From Candidatus Cloacimonadota bacterium (lineage in GTDB: Bacteria > Muiribacteriota > UBA6191): 64,000 nucleotides of DNA. Shown here piece after piece: positions 49,522 to 59,080 of the stretch; the stretch's first letter is position 1, and every line of letters begins with the position of its first letter. The notes under the pieces are model-generated. The model saw only the letters and a list, made by a program, of their open reading frames with translations, was not told the origin of the DNA and did no database searches. A program made the position numbers and the translations under genes. The stretch spans positions 428,468 to 492,467 of the forward strand of contig JAGSHD010000001.1 of the NCBI GenBank assembly GCA_023954715.1. The letters are read 5' to 3'.

Positions 49522-50377
49522 ATTTTTTTAACTTTCTCACTGAGTCGTAGTCTTCATCTTTTACCGTAGTAAAACCATCTAAACCAGGAACCTTATTTAA
49601 AAGCCCTAATTTACCTGCACTCAATAATGTTTCTAAGAGTTTTTTTCTAATGATTGGATCCACCTTATTCAAAATAACTAAGGGTTCATTAGAGATCGGC
49701 TCTGTTTTAGCAAGTATCGTAAACTCATGTTTTCGATTATTATATGCTGGTAAATCTAAAACCCCCACATAACTTGCCCCAACCTGAAATTGACGACTCA
49801 AAATCGAAAAAACTACTGCGTCATGCTTTTTTAAAAAAGCATACTCTTGTAAAGAGTCTAATGTAACTCCTTGCTGCTCTAACATCATTTTAGGAAAAAC
49901 AAAACCTGATGTAGAGTTTTTAGATACGAAAGCAAATTTTTTACCTTTTGTATCTGATAGCTTATTTATGTCAGAGTCTGCTCTAGTTAAAATTTGTCCT
50001 TGATAGGTAACTCGCCCCTTCCAGACAGGACGTACAAATGGAGTAAAGCTCTTTTGATCAAGACCCACATAAAAAGAAGTACCTAGCCAACCAATATCAA
50101 TGGTAGATTTATCTAACTCCTCTAAAATCCGATCATAAGAGTTATACAACTTTAGATCGACACGATCTACTCCAATAGATGTAGCTAAATGGTCCATCAA
50201 TGGAGCATATTGTATAATTAAAGACTCCGGATTTGTGTGAGCTATTCGCCCTATTCTGATTATTTTTAAATCAGGAATAATCTCTGAAGAGAGTTCTTGC
50301 TTAGGAATAGATTTGTCTTCGCATGCAACAAATAACATGGAAGCAAAAATAAAAAGTATCAAACCTACAATTTTCAT
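49511..50377 (-). CDS. PhnD/SsuA-like periplasmic substrate-binding protein (lipoprotein), overlapping the GGDEF gene start
   Basis: Signal peptide with Cys (MKIVGLILFIFASMLFVAC) from the ATG at 50377. ABC-type phosphonate-binding-like fold motifs. Its 11-nt overlap with the downstream cyclase gene implies coupling. Confidence 0.55.
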   Translation of the reverse strand: MKIVGLILFIFASMLFVACEDKSIPKQELSSEIIPDLKIIRIGRIAHTNPESLIIQYAPLMDHLATSIGVDRVDLKLYNSYDRILEELDKSTIDIGWLGTSFYVGLDQKSFTPFVRPVWKGRVTYQGQILTRADSDINKLSDTKGKKFAFVSKNSTSGFVFPKMMLEQQGVTLDSLQEYAFLKKHDAVVFSILSRQFQVGASYVGVLDLPAYNNRKHEFTILAKTEPISNEPLVILNKVDPIIRKKLLETLLSAGKLGLLNKVPGLDGFTTVKDEDYDSVRKLKKYVK

Positions 50378-50549
50378 ATTATCTCTAAAGACGATCAAGC
50401 GAATCAAAATATCTAATCTAGCTTGTATAAATATACCCTATTCAAACAAAATAATCTAAGATTAAGACCCACAGGTCTTTATTTTTTTAAAATACGCTTT
50501 AAGCGATAGTTCAAAATTACTATCGAAAGAGGTTTGATACAATCTATTT

Positions 50550-53500
50550 TTAGTTTTGATATAAACCTGATAACTCCATCAATTGATTTAAAGCTGTTTT
50601 TGCTGCAACTCGAACTTCTTTATTATGATCTCGTTGGGCATCTCTTAAAGACATAGTTGCTCCTAAATCGCCTATTTTACCAAGCGCTTTTGCGGCCATT
50701 TCTCTAACTTCAAAATCTCTATCTTGCAATAAGTAAACGATCGGAATCACTGCACTCTTTTCTTGATGCATTCCAAGTACAATAGCTGAATTTGCTCTTA
50801 AATGCTTATATCGACTATCTAAGGTTCGAATTAATTTTTGAATCAATCTACGATCTTGTATGCTAGCAACTACTTCTATGGAGTTTTTGCGTACAATTTC
50901 ACTTTCATGATGTAGACATTCAATCAGTGAATCATAAGCCAACTCTTTAAACGATTTGATATTTTCTATCACATCGTTTTTGACCCAAATATTTTCATCT
51001 TCCATAGCTTCAAGCAATTGTACAATTGAAGAAACAGCACTAAGTTGCCCTAGGGACCTTACAGCCGTTTGTCGTACTCTTGCATCTGAGTCTAAAAGCA
51101 TCTTGGTTATTGGCTCAATTGCAGACTTATCCTTCAAAACACCTAATGACTCTATAATCATCTGTCTTACCGATACATTTTCATCGTAAATATATGTTAC
51201 TAAGATACTAACTACTTTTGAATCATTGATTTTAGATAAAGCTCTAGCTGCCTCAATTCGAACACCAACACTTCTATCTTCCATTGCAACACCCAAGGTA
51301 TTGATGGACTCATCCGTAACAAATTTTTCTAATACTTCAACAGCTCTTTTTCTATTTTTATCAGAAACATCTCGAGTACATTGTGATAATGCAAATACAG
51401 CCTTATTAGATCCAATCTTTTCTAAGGCATTAATGCTTTCATATCGAACATCTTCGTCCATATCTGTCACTAACTTAGTAAGTTTTCCGATGGCTCTCAC
51501 ATCTCTAAACTGTCCTATGATAATCACGACACGTAATCGTATGATTGGATTTGCAGTATTAATTATTTGTAATAGCTGATCCAATAAGTCTTCTTCTTTA
51601 GAACGACTTAATGCTTCTGCCATAACCTCAGCATCAACTTTTAGATCGGGTTTTTTCACTAACTCGAGTAAGGCACTAACAGAACTTTTATTTGCAATTG
51701 CACCCAGTGCATAAATATACCAATTTGTATTTACAGCTTGGCAACGTAACATCGCTTCTAAAATTGCACTCACACGATTTGGAAAATCTAATGTACCTAT
51801 AATCTCAGATGCAGATCTTTGGATTGCTTGTAGTACTTCTACAGAAACTTCATAGATTGAATTGTCTGGAAAGCGATTTAAGTATTGCTGATCCTCTAGT
51901 GCAAATGTATTTTCTATCATATCCAATACTAAATGAATGCATCGATCATCTTTAGCCCGACCAATTGCTTTTGCAACACTAAATCTCATCCAAGCATATC
52001 CACTTTTTAACAATGAAACTAATGGTGTGTCTATGGTTAGTGCTCTATCAATTTCAACCAATGCATCACAAATATCATGAACTAAATCTTTGTTAGATAA
52101 ATCTAATAATCTTAAAAGCGGGTTCATGGCTCGGATGTCACCTGATTTTCCTAACACCGCTATTAATTTTTGCTTATATTTATCTCTTACAGTAAACAAA
52201 ATCTCAACGATATAAGGAACAGCTAGTTTACCTATTTTTTCTAGGCCCCAAACAGCTTGATCTGAAACAATATCTACCCCATCTTGCATTAATAATAACA
52301 AAGAAGTGATACAATCATCTGTCCCAATTTTACCCAAACTCTCAGCTGTCAATTGCCTAACATACTTGTCTGGATCATGTAAAAGTTTAATAAGATGTGG
52401 TACAGAATCCACTGAAGCCACATCACCAATAGCTCTTACAGAGTCCTGTCTGATAGATAAATCATGGTCTAAAATTAGTTTATGTAATGCTACTAACCCT
52501 TCAGAAGATCCGATTTTTCCTAGAGCAGTAGTAATTACTGATCGTAACTCTGGGATATCTTCTTCAAGTAATAAAAACAAAACATCTAAACCGGACTCTT
52601 CTCCTATATGCCCTAAAGCTTCAATACCTAAGCGTTGCAATTCAATAGAAGACTCTAATATGATATTTCTAATAGGAGCTACTGCTCGAGCATCACCGAT
52701 TTTCCCAAGTGCCTCAACACTAGAGAATAGTATTTCTTCTTTTTCACTTTCTAGTAGTTCGAGTAATAAAACAACGGACTTATTAGAGGCAATTTCACCT
52801 AAAGCTCTGATGATTACAACTTTAGTTGCACTATCACAATTGTGTACTTTTTCAATCAATGCATCTACTACAGAGTCATCTTGAATCTCACCCAAAGAGT
52901 TTGCAGCTTCTAAAACAAGATCTCTATCATCTTCATTTAAAAATTGAAGAAGAGTACGTATTGCCCGCTTATCACCAATTTGGCCAAACGCCTTTGCAAC
53001 TACATATTTTAAATCTCTATCTGCTGAAGAAACTAACATCAGTAGTGGCTCGATAGCACGATCTGAACCAATAGATCCTAAAGCTTCAACAGCCATGTAG
53101 CGTAAGTTTTCATCCTGCTCTTGTAATAATAGAATCAAAGCATCTAAAGATTTTTCTGACCCAATGTATCCTAAAGCCGTCGTCGCAACATATTTCATGT
53201 TTTGAGAGTCTAAGCTTAAAATTCTGATCAGAGGTTCTACAGCATCTTCAGCCGCTAACTCCCCTAAGGTTTTTGCAGAATATTCTCGTATATCTAAATT
53301 GTCGTCATTTAAAAGCTCTATAAAGTTTGGAATATATTGTGTATCGCAAGTTAACGCTAGTGATTGTAACACTTTATATCGCTGATCTTCATCACTAGAA
53401 GTTTTTAATACTTCTAAAAAGTTACTAGAAGGAACTTCAAAGCGCTGTACTTGAGATGATTGTATACTAGGAGAATCCTCAGGCGAATCTAACTGAGATA

Positions 53501-54848
53501 ACAAGCTTGAAATTTCATCTTCATCTTCTTCGTCAAAGCCATCGTCAAAATCGACTTCGGATGAAGTTAACTCTTGGTCAAAATCTTCATCTTCATCAAA
53601 ATCATCATCAAAGTCACTTGAACTCTCTGTCTCTACTTTGTCATCTTCAGCGAAATCATCACCCGAATCAAAACTATCGAATTCATCGTCTGAATCAAAA
53701 TCATCATCAGACTTACTATCACTTCCAAAATCATCAAAGTCATCATCTGCTTCAAAATCATTTGTGTCTTCTGCAAAAACTTCATCATCCCCAAAACCAT
53801 CGTCCAAAGAGTCTTTTGTCGCATCAGCTGAATCTTCTAAAAGAAAATCATCATCAGATGCATCGTCGGCAAACAAATCGTCATCATCACTTGAAGAGCT
53901 ATCTCCAAACAATTCATCATCTTCTTTTGAAGAAGCATCATCAAACAATTCATCACTATCTGTACTTGCCATACCAGCCTTTACAGAAATATCATCATCT
54001 AAAAAAGATAAATCATCCTCTTCTATAGCTTCTGTATCGGTGAACGAATCATCATTATCATCAATTTCAAAAGAGTCTTCAGAATTATCACCTAATGAAA
54101 AGGAGTCCCCAGAAGAATCACTTGTATCATCAAACAAACCTAAGCCATCATCAGAACTTTGATCTTCTGTCTCATCAAATAGACCTCCTAGTTCATCGGT
54201 GATTTCTCCAGAGGAGTCTTCACTATCAATTCCAAACAAGTCATCGTCTCCGCCATCATCAACAATTGCTTTGTCCTCTATATTATCTAATCCACCAAAT
54301 AAATCATCTTCGGCAAACAGATCATCTGATGACGTGTCAGCCTTTGCCGTTGGCTCAGTAAAAAGATCATCTGAACCCGTATCAAGCTCACCAAAGAGTT
54401 CATCTGCTGAGTTATCTGGCTCTTCTAGCACTATAAACTCATCTTCAACTTCTTCTTCCATATTAAAAATATCATCTGTGCTTTCTTGCGTGGTTGCTTC
54501 TTCTAGTGGTGCCGTAGGCTCTTCTGTGATGGAGAATAAGTCATCATCGATTGACTCTTCTTGATTGGAAGTCTCTGACTCTTTTGCATCCGGAATAGCG
54601 AAAATATCATCTAAATCTTTTACGGGTTCTGAAGTGACTTCATCATCCATAGAAAACAAATCGCCTAGATCATCGTCTCCACCAAAAATATCATCAATGG
54701 AGTCAACTTCTCCTAGTGGAGAGTCCGCATCTAAATCAAATAGATCATCTTCCACTTCTGAAACGCTTGTTTCATCTAATGGAGAACCACATTGATTACA
54801 AAATTTATTTCCATCTTTGTTTTCAAAACCACAAGTAGGGCAACCCAT
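50550..54848 (-). CDS. Giant (1432 aa) protein: N-terminal double zinc-ribbon, an acidic low-complexity region of about 420 aa with a periodic [DE][DE][LI]F motif array, and about 30 PBS-lyase-type HEAT repeats
   Basis: CPTCGFENKDGNKFCNQCGSPL zinc ribbon. At least 12 DDLF/DELF/DDIF motifs lie between residues 30 and 330, then D[DE]F-type motifs up to about residue 450. Regular 31-aa repeats of the form ...VR..A..ALG.IG...A...L..LL.D.D... continue to the C-terminus. Confidence 0.8.
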   Translation of the reverse strand: MGCPTCGFENKDGNKFCNQCGSPLDETSVSEVEDDLFDLDADSPLGEVDSIDDIFGGDDDLGDLFSMDDEVTSEPVKDLDDIFAIPDAKESETSNQEESIDDDLFSITEEPTAPLEEATTQESTDDIFNMEEEVEDEFIVLEEPDNSADELFGELDTGSDDLFTEPTAKADTSSDDLFAEDDLFGGLDNIEDKAIVDDGGDDDLFGIDSEDSSGEITDELGGLFDETEDQSSDDGLGLFDDTSDSSGDSFSLGDNSEDSFEIDDNDDSFTDTEAIEEDDLSFLDDDISVKAGMASTDSDELFDDASSKEDDELFGDSSSSDDDDLFADDASDDDFLLEDSADATKDSLDDGFGDDEVFAEDTNDFEADDDFDDFGSDSKSDDDFDSDDEFDSFDSGDDFAEDDKVETESSSDFDDDFDEDEDFDQELTSSEVDFDDGFDEEDEDEISSLLSQLDSPEDSPSIQSSQVQRFEVPSSNFLEVLKTSSDEDQRYKVLQSLALTCDTQYIPNFIELLNDDNLDIREYSAKTLGELAAEDAVEPLIRILSLDSQNMKYVATTALGYIGSEKSLDALILLLQEQDENLRYMAVEALGSIGSDRAIEPLLMLVSSADRDLKYVVAKAFGQIGDKRAIRTLLQFLNEDDRDLVLEAANSLGEIQDDSVVDALIEKVHNCDSATKVVIIRALGEIASNKSVVLLLELLESEKEEILFSSVEALGKIGDARAVAPIRNIILESSIELQRLGIEALGHIGEESGLDVLFLLLEEDIPELRSVITTALGKIGSSEGLVALHKLILDHDLSIRQDSVRAIGDVASVDSVPHLIKLLHDPDKYVRQLTAESLGKIGTDDCITSLLLLMQDGVDIVSDQAVWGLEKIGKLAVPYIVEILFTVRDKYKQKLIAVLGKSGDIRAMNPLLRLLDLSNKDLVHDICDALVEIDRALTIDTPLVSLLKSGYAWMRFSVAKAIGRAKDDRCIHLVLDMIENTFALEDQQYLNRFPDNSIYEVSVEVLQAIQRSASEIIGTLDFPNRVSAILEAMLRCQAVNTNWYIYALGAIANKSSVSALLELVKKPDLKVDAEVMAEALSRSKEEDLLDQLLQIINTANPIIRLRVVIIIGQFRDVRAIGKLTKLVTDMDEDVRYESINALEKIGSNKAVFALSQCTRDVSDKNRKRAVEVLEKFVTDESINTLGVAMEDRSVGVRIEAARALSKINDSKVVSILVTYIYDENVSVRQMIIESLGVLKDKSAIEPITKMLLDSDARVRQTAVRSLGQLSAVSSIVQLLEAMEDENIWVKNDVIENIKSFKELAYDSLIECLHHESEIVRKNSIEVVASIQDRRLIQKLIRTLDSRYKHLRANSAIVLGMHQEKSAVIPIVYLLQDRDFEVREMAAKALGKIGDLGATMSLRDAQRDHNKEVRVAAKTALNQLMELSGLYQN
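53501..54761 (-). repeat. Coding low-complexity region (acidic DDLF-motif array) inside the HEAT giant. It generates four spurious S-, H- or K-rich plus-strand ORFs
   Basis: The nucleotide sequence is dominated by gat/gaa/ttc triplet periodicity. The overlapping plus-strand ORFs 53507..54028, 53638..54162, 54199..54564 and 54565..54795 are homopolymer-like (S-rich or H/Q/N-rich) and are artefacts. Confidence 0.7.
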
Positions 54849-55061
54849 ATTTTCCCCTTGAAAAATAGTGTTCTATAGTGCTTAGCCAAAGCCCACATCG
54901 ATCAAAATGTTTACTTCTTTACTAATAATTATGCCGTAGAGAGTTCATTTTACAACAAAAAAAACAAACTACGTCCTTCTAAAAATCGACCTCTAGCACA
55001 AATATATTAACAAAATATCATTGATTTGTATTACTTTTGTATGGCCCTAAAAGTTTTTAAG

Positions 55062-55096
55062 CAAAAAAACATCGAACCAATAAAAAGTTCGATGTA
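55062..55096 (-). terminator. Rho-independent terminator ending the pfkB-glmS-glmU' operon
   Basis: acatcgaac/gttcgatgt forms a 9-bp stem with a 9-nt loop. A U7 run follows on the minus strand (A-run 55063-55069), about 125 nt after the glmU' stop. Confidence 0.7.
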
Positions 55097-55219
55097 AAAG
55101 TTTGTAAATTTAAGACTCAGATTTTAAAAATATTTTAGCCTTTATCTAGATACAAAAGCCTAAACAGTTTTGTAATCAAAATCATCTACTTCAAAGTTTA
55201 GCCTTTGAATTGCCAAATA

Positions 55220-55957
55220 TTAATTGTTACGTTCACTGAGAACTTTCTCAGCAACCTCCAATTGATCTTTAGAGTTGACCCCTAAAAACTCATCTTCTTG
55301 CCCCATTGCAATAGATTCAACTCGATAGCCTTTATCTTGTGCAATAGTTAAAATATCTGTCAGATAATACTCTTTTTGGGCATTATTGTTTTGTACTAAA
55401 TTCAAGGCTTCAAATACGATCGAAGCCTTACCTAAATAAATGCCTGTATTAATTTCTTTGATCTTTTTTTCTTGGTCAGAGCAATCTTTGTCTTCTTGAA
55501 TTTTTACGAACTTCCCATCTTTACGAACAATTCGTCCGTATCCATTCGAGTCCTCAAAATCACAACTTAAAACTATGATTCCAGCCTCTCCATCTTTGTA
55601 AATATCTACAAACTTTTTTATAGTTTCAGACTTTAACAAAGGAGTGTCACCACATAAAATCAAAAGAGTTGAATCCATATCACAGATTGCATCTTTGGCA
55701 CACAAAACAGCACTAGCAGTGCCATTTTGCTCCTTTTGAATAGCATAAGTTACATTATTTCGATCAGATAGTGACTCAATTACTAGATCTTTTTTAAATC
55801 CAGCAACAACGCAATGCTTATCTACACCCGCTTGATCCGCGACATCCAAAACATGCTCAATCATTGATTTACCAGAAACTGGGTGTAACACTTTTGGTAG
55901 ATCAGATTTCATCCGAGTACCTTTTCCAGCTGCCAAAATAATAGTTTCTAAGGACAT
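55220..55957 (-). CDS. glmU: UDP-N-acetylglucosamine pyrophosphorylase: GlmU N-terminal uridyltransferase domain only, with no left-handed beta-helix acetyltransferase domain
   Basis: LAAGKGTRMKSDLPKVLHPVSGKSM and EINTGIY...NNAQKEYYLTDI align with the E. coli GlmU N-terminal domain. The ORF ends after 245 aa and the downstream 120 nt show no beta-helix remnant before the terminator. Confidence 0.7.
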   Translation of the reverse strand: MSLETIILAAGKGTRMKSDLPKVLHPVSGKSMIEHVLDVADQAGVDKHCVVAGFKKDLVIESLSDRNNVTYAIQKEQNGTASAVLCAKDAICDMDSTLLILCGDTPLLKSETIKKFVDIYKDGEAGIIVLSCDFEDSNGYGRIVRKDGKFVKIQEDKDCSDQEKKIKEINTGIYLGKASIVFEALNLVQNNNAQKEYYLTDILTIAQDKGYRVESIAMGQEDEFLGVNSKDQLEVAEKVLSERNN

Positions 55958-55959
55958 AT

Positions 55960-57804
55960 CTACTCCACAGTCACCGATTTAGCTAGATTTCGTGGTTGAT
56001 CTACATCAGCACCTTTTAAATCCGCTACGTAATATGCAAACAATTGTAAAGGTAAAACATTTAACAGTGGTGATAGTAAGTCCATTACCTTAGGTACTTT
56101 TATCACATCATCAGAAAAACCCTGAACCTCTTTATCACCCTTTGAAGCTATAGACAATACTCTACAATCTCGAGATCTTGCTTCAACGATGTTACTTACT
56201 ACTTTTTCGTATACTGGTGAATCAGTAACAACTGCTACTACAGGGCATTCTCTATCAACAAGAGCAATTGGCCCGTGCTTCATTTCACCAGCTGCATATC
56301 CTTCAGCATGTATATAAGAGATTTCTTTTAATTTTAAAGCACCCTCTAAAGCTGTAGGAAAATTTAAGTCTCTACCTAAAAACAACATACTCTTATACTG
56401 AGTATATTTCTGAGCAATTTTTAAAATATCCTCTTTATCTTTTAAAACTTCTTCAATTTTTTGGGGAATCACTTTGAGCTCATGAATCAATTGTTTTGCG
56501 ACAGCTACTTCAATTGTAGATTTCAAATTAGCTAAATACAATGCAAACAGTTCAAACGCTACTAACATAGCCATATAGGCTTTAGTAGAAGCAACACCAA
56601 TTTCTGGTCCGGCATGAATAAAAATGTTTCCGTCTACCGCTCGAGCAATAGAAGAACCTTGTACATTTACGATGGCCATAGTTTTACAGCCTCGCTCTTT
56701 AGCTAAATTAATAGCAGCAAGTGTATCCGCTGTTTCTCCTGATTGGGTTACAGCAATTACTAATGTATCTTTATCTAAAACGGGATCTCTATAACGAAAC
56801 TCTGAGGCTAAATCCATTTCAACAGAAACTCTAGCTAGCTTTTCTACGAGGTACTTTCCTACTAATCCTGCATAAAATGCAGTACCACAGGCAACCACTA
56901 TGATTTTACGAATCCCTAATAAATCATCATTGGACATATTTATATCAGGTAAGTAAACACTTCCATCTTCTTCGTTTGTATTAGTACCGATGGTGTTTCT
57001 GATAACGTCTGGCTGCTCATGAATCTCCTTAAGCATAAAGTGACGGTATCCGTTCTTTTCTGCCATTACAGGGTTCCAGTCTACTCTTTCTACATTATAG
57101 TTAATTTGAGTCTTTGTTTTCGTATCAAACAAATCTAAATTACCCGGAGTGAGCATACCTGCTTGATGGTCTTCAAGATATACTACATCACGAGTATATT
57201 TAATGATTGCAGTAATGTCAGAACTAACAAAGTTGCCTTCATCTTCAGTAAGGCCAATCAATAATGGGCAGTTTTTCTTGGCAATAAAAATCGTATCTGG
57301 GTAGTCCACATGCACAACAGAAAGTGCCCATGCACCCTCTAGTTGACCTAGTGTCTTAAAAAATGCATCTTTAAAACTTGCTTCATGCTTTTCATTTTCA
57401 GCTAATAGATGCACAATGATCTCGGTATCTGTATCAGATAAAAACTTGTGACCTTTTTCTAGAAGAGTACTTTTTAGTTGCAAATAGTTTTCTATGATCC
57501 CATTATGAACTAAAACGATGCGTGAGTTATTATCTTTATGAGGATGAGCATTATCTTGGGTCGGTCGACCATGAGTTGCCCATCGAGTATGCCCAATAGC
57601 AAGATGATTAGATGGTAACCCCGATTCTAATCCTTCTCGAATATTCCTTAACTTACCTGAATCTCTCTTTACTGAAATTTCACCGTTAGTTAATATGGCT
57701 AGACCAGCTGAGTCATATCCTCGATATTCGAGTCTTTCTAGGCCGTCCAACACTATTTTAGAGGCTAAATATGTTTGTCCTGTATATCCTATTATTCCAC
57801 ACAT
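55960..57804 (-). CDS. glmS: Glutamine--fructose-6-phosphate aminotransferase (isomerising)
   Basis: MCGIIGY N-terminal nucleophile motif. Start corrected to the ATG at 57804. Two SIS domains and a C-terminal ...VDQPRNLAKSVTVE. Confidence 0.9.
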   Translation of the reverse strand: MCGIIGYTGQTYLASKIVLDGLERLEYRGYDSAGLAILTNGEISVKRDSGKLRNIREGLESGLPSNHLAIGHTRWATHGRPTQDNAHPHKDNNSRIVLVHNGIIENYLQLKSTLLEKGHKFLSDTDTEIIVHLLAENEKHEASFKDAFFKTLGQLEGAWALSVVHVDYPDTIFIAKKNCPLLIGLTEDEGNFVSSDITAIIKYTRDVVYLEDHQAGMLTPGNLDLFDTKTKTQINYNVERVDWNPVMAEKNGYRHFMLKEIHEQPDVIRNTIGTNTNEEDGSVYLPDINMSNDDLLGIRKIIVVACGTAFYAGLVGKYLVEKLARVSVEMDLASEFRYRDPVLDKDTLVIAVTQSGETADTLAAINLAKERGCKTMAIVNVQGSSIARAVDGNIFIHAGPEIGVASTKAYMAMLVAFELFALYLANLKSTIEVAVAKQLIHELKVIPQKIEEVLKDKEDILKIAQKYTQYKSMLFLGRDLNFPTALEGALKLKEISYIHAEGYAAGEMKHGPIALVDRECPVVAVVTDSPVYEKVVSNIVEARSRDCRVLSIASKGDKEVQGFSDDVIKVPKVMDLLSPLLNVLPLQLFAYYVADLKGADVDQPRNLAKSVTVE

Positions 57805-58706
57805 TAGAACTTTACCATTTCTAGAAATTCTTGATATCGATCTTCCACTTGATCCCAAGAAGTTTTTGATATCTTATCAACAGCAATTCCTTGCACATTA
57901 AAAGATCCCATGATGTTTCCGTATACAACAGCTTTTCTTAGGCTATCTTTGGAAAAGTCGTTTGTTTTTGCCAAGTGTCCTACAAAACCACCTGCAAAAG
58001 AATCCCCAGCACCAGTAGGATCAATTACTTCAGCAACCGGAAATCCAGGTACTTGAAATACATCCTCAGAAGAGATTAGCATCGCTCCATGCTCACCTCT
58101 TTTAATAATTACAATATCTGGGCCTAGTTCTCGAACTTTTTTACCTGCAACTACTAAATTATCTTCGCCAGTTAAAATCCTAGCTTCTGTCTCATTGAAA
58201 ATCAAAACGTCAATTTGCTTTAATACACCTAATAAATCTTCTTTACTTGTGTTGATCCAAAGGTTCATTGTATCTAGGATTGTTAGTTTAGCAGAAGCTT
58301 TAGAAGCTACACGACTTTGTAAACAAGGATGAATATTTCCTAGAAATAAGATATTAGGATTTTGTGATGCCCCTTCTAAAATAGGGTCGAAAGTTTCAAA
58401 TACGTTTAGTTGAGTATTTAAAGTAATTGCTTCATCCATTTGCTCTTCAACGTATTGCCCTGTCCATCGAAAAGTCTTACCGTCTTGAACTTTTATTCCT
58501 TGGGTATCAGCGTTCATGCTTGAATAGTAGTCCATATGCTCTTTTGGGAAGTCTTCTCCTACAACACCAACCATAGCCACAGGCACTCCAAATCGGGAAC
58601 AAGAAGTTACAAAGTGTGATAATGATCCACCTAATACATCTTCAAATTTTCCAGTTGGTACGATAAGTGTATCTAGTCCAATAGAACCGATTGCTGTTAC
58701 TGACAT
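57804..58706 (-). CDS. PfkB-family carbohydrate kinase (ribokinase-like)
   Basis: DPTGAGDSFAGGFVGHL is PfkB signature 2. N-terminal GG motif region. Its stop overlaps the glmS start. Confidence 0.7.
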   Translation of the reverse strand: MSVTAIGSIGLDTLIVPTGKFEDVLGGSLSHFVTSCSRFGVPVAMVGVVGEDFPKEHMDYYSSMNADTQGIKVQDGKTFRWTGQYVEEQMDEAITLNTQLNVFETFDPILEGASQNPNILFLGNIHPCLQSRVASKASAKLTILDTMNLWINTSKEDLLGVLKQIDVLIFNETEARILTGEDNLVVAGKKVRELGPDIVIIKRGEHGAMLISSEDVFQVPGFPVAEVIDPTGAGDSFAGGFVGHLAKTNDFSKDSLRKAVVYGNIMGSFNVQGIAVDKISKTSWDQVEDRYQEFLEMVKF

Positions 58707-59080
58707 CTTAACTCCTATAAAAGTTAGCCCAAAAAATAATGGCTATATCATGCTTTAAACAAAGCTTATAATTAAAAATACTGATAAAATTATTATTCAG
58801 CATACAAAAGTTAGGAATGCTATCATAACTCTCAACAAAGTTATAGACAGAAATTCAACATATTCTGATTTTTCACGAAAATTATCGAATTTGCCCTAAT
58901 ACATAAGTCATATATTAACTTTTGGCCCATATTTTTCATCAATTTAATAAATTTACACTTTCAATCTATGCCCTTGCTACGTATAATGCTCGCACAAATA
59001 ATTCAATAATATTACCTACTTTGTCTACTATCATACTGTATCGAGTTTTAATTTAGCTTATTTTCAGGACTAAAACACTT

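Noticed and set aside
50956-52884. Plus-strand ORFs 50956..51189, 51226..51579, 52306..52884 and 52826..53056 opposite the HEAT-repeat region
   Set aside because: They are antisense to a coding region with strongly periodic HEAT repeats and have no start signals. They are shadow ORFs.
53507-54795. Plus-strand ORFs encoding H/Q/N-rich or S/K-rich polypeptides (53507..54028, 53638..54162, 54199..54564, 54565..54795) and minus-strand 53633..53824
   Set aside because: These are artefacts of the gat/gaa/ttc-rich low-complexity coding sequence of the acidic region of the HEAT giant on the minus strand. Their products are homopolymer-like.
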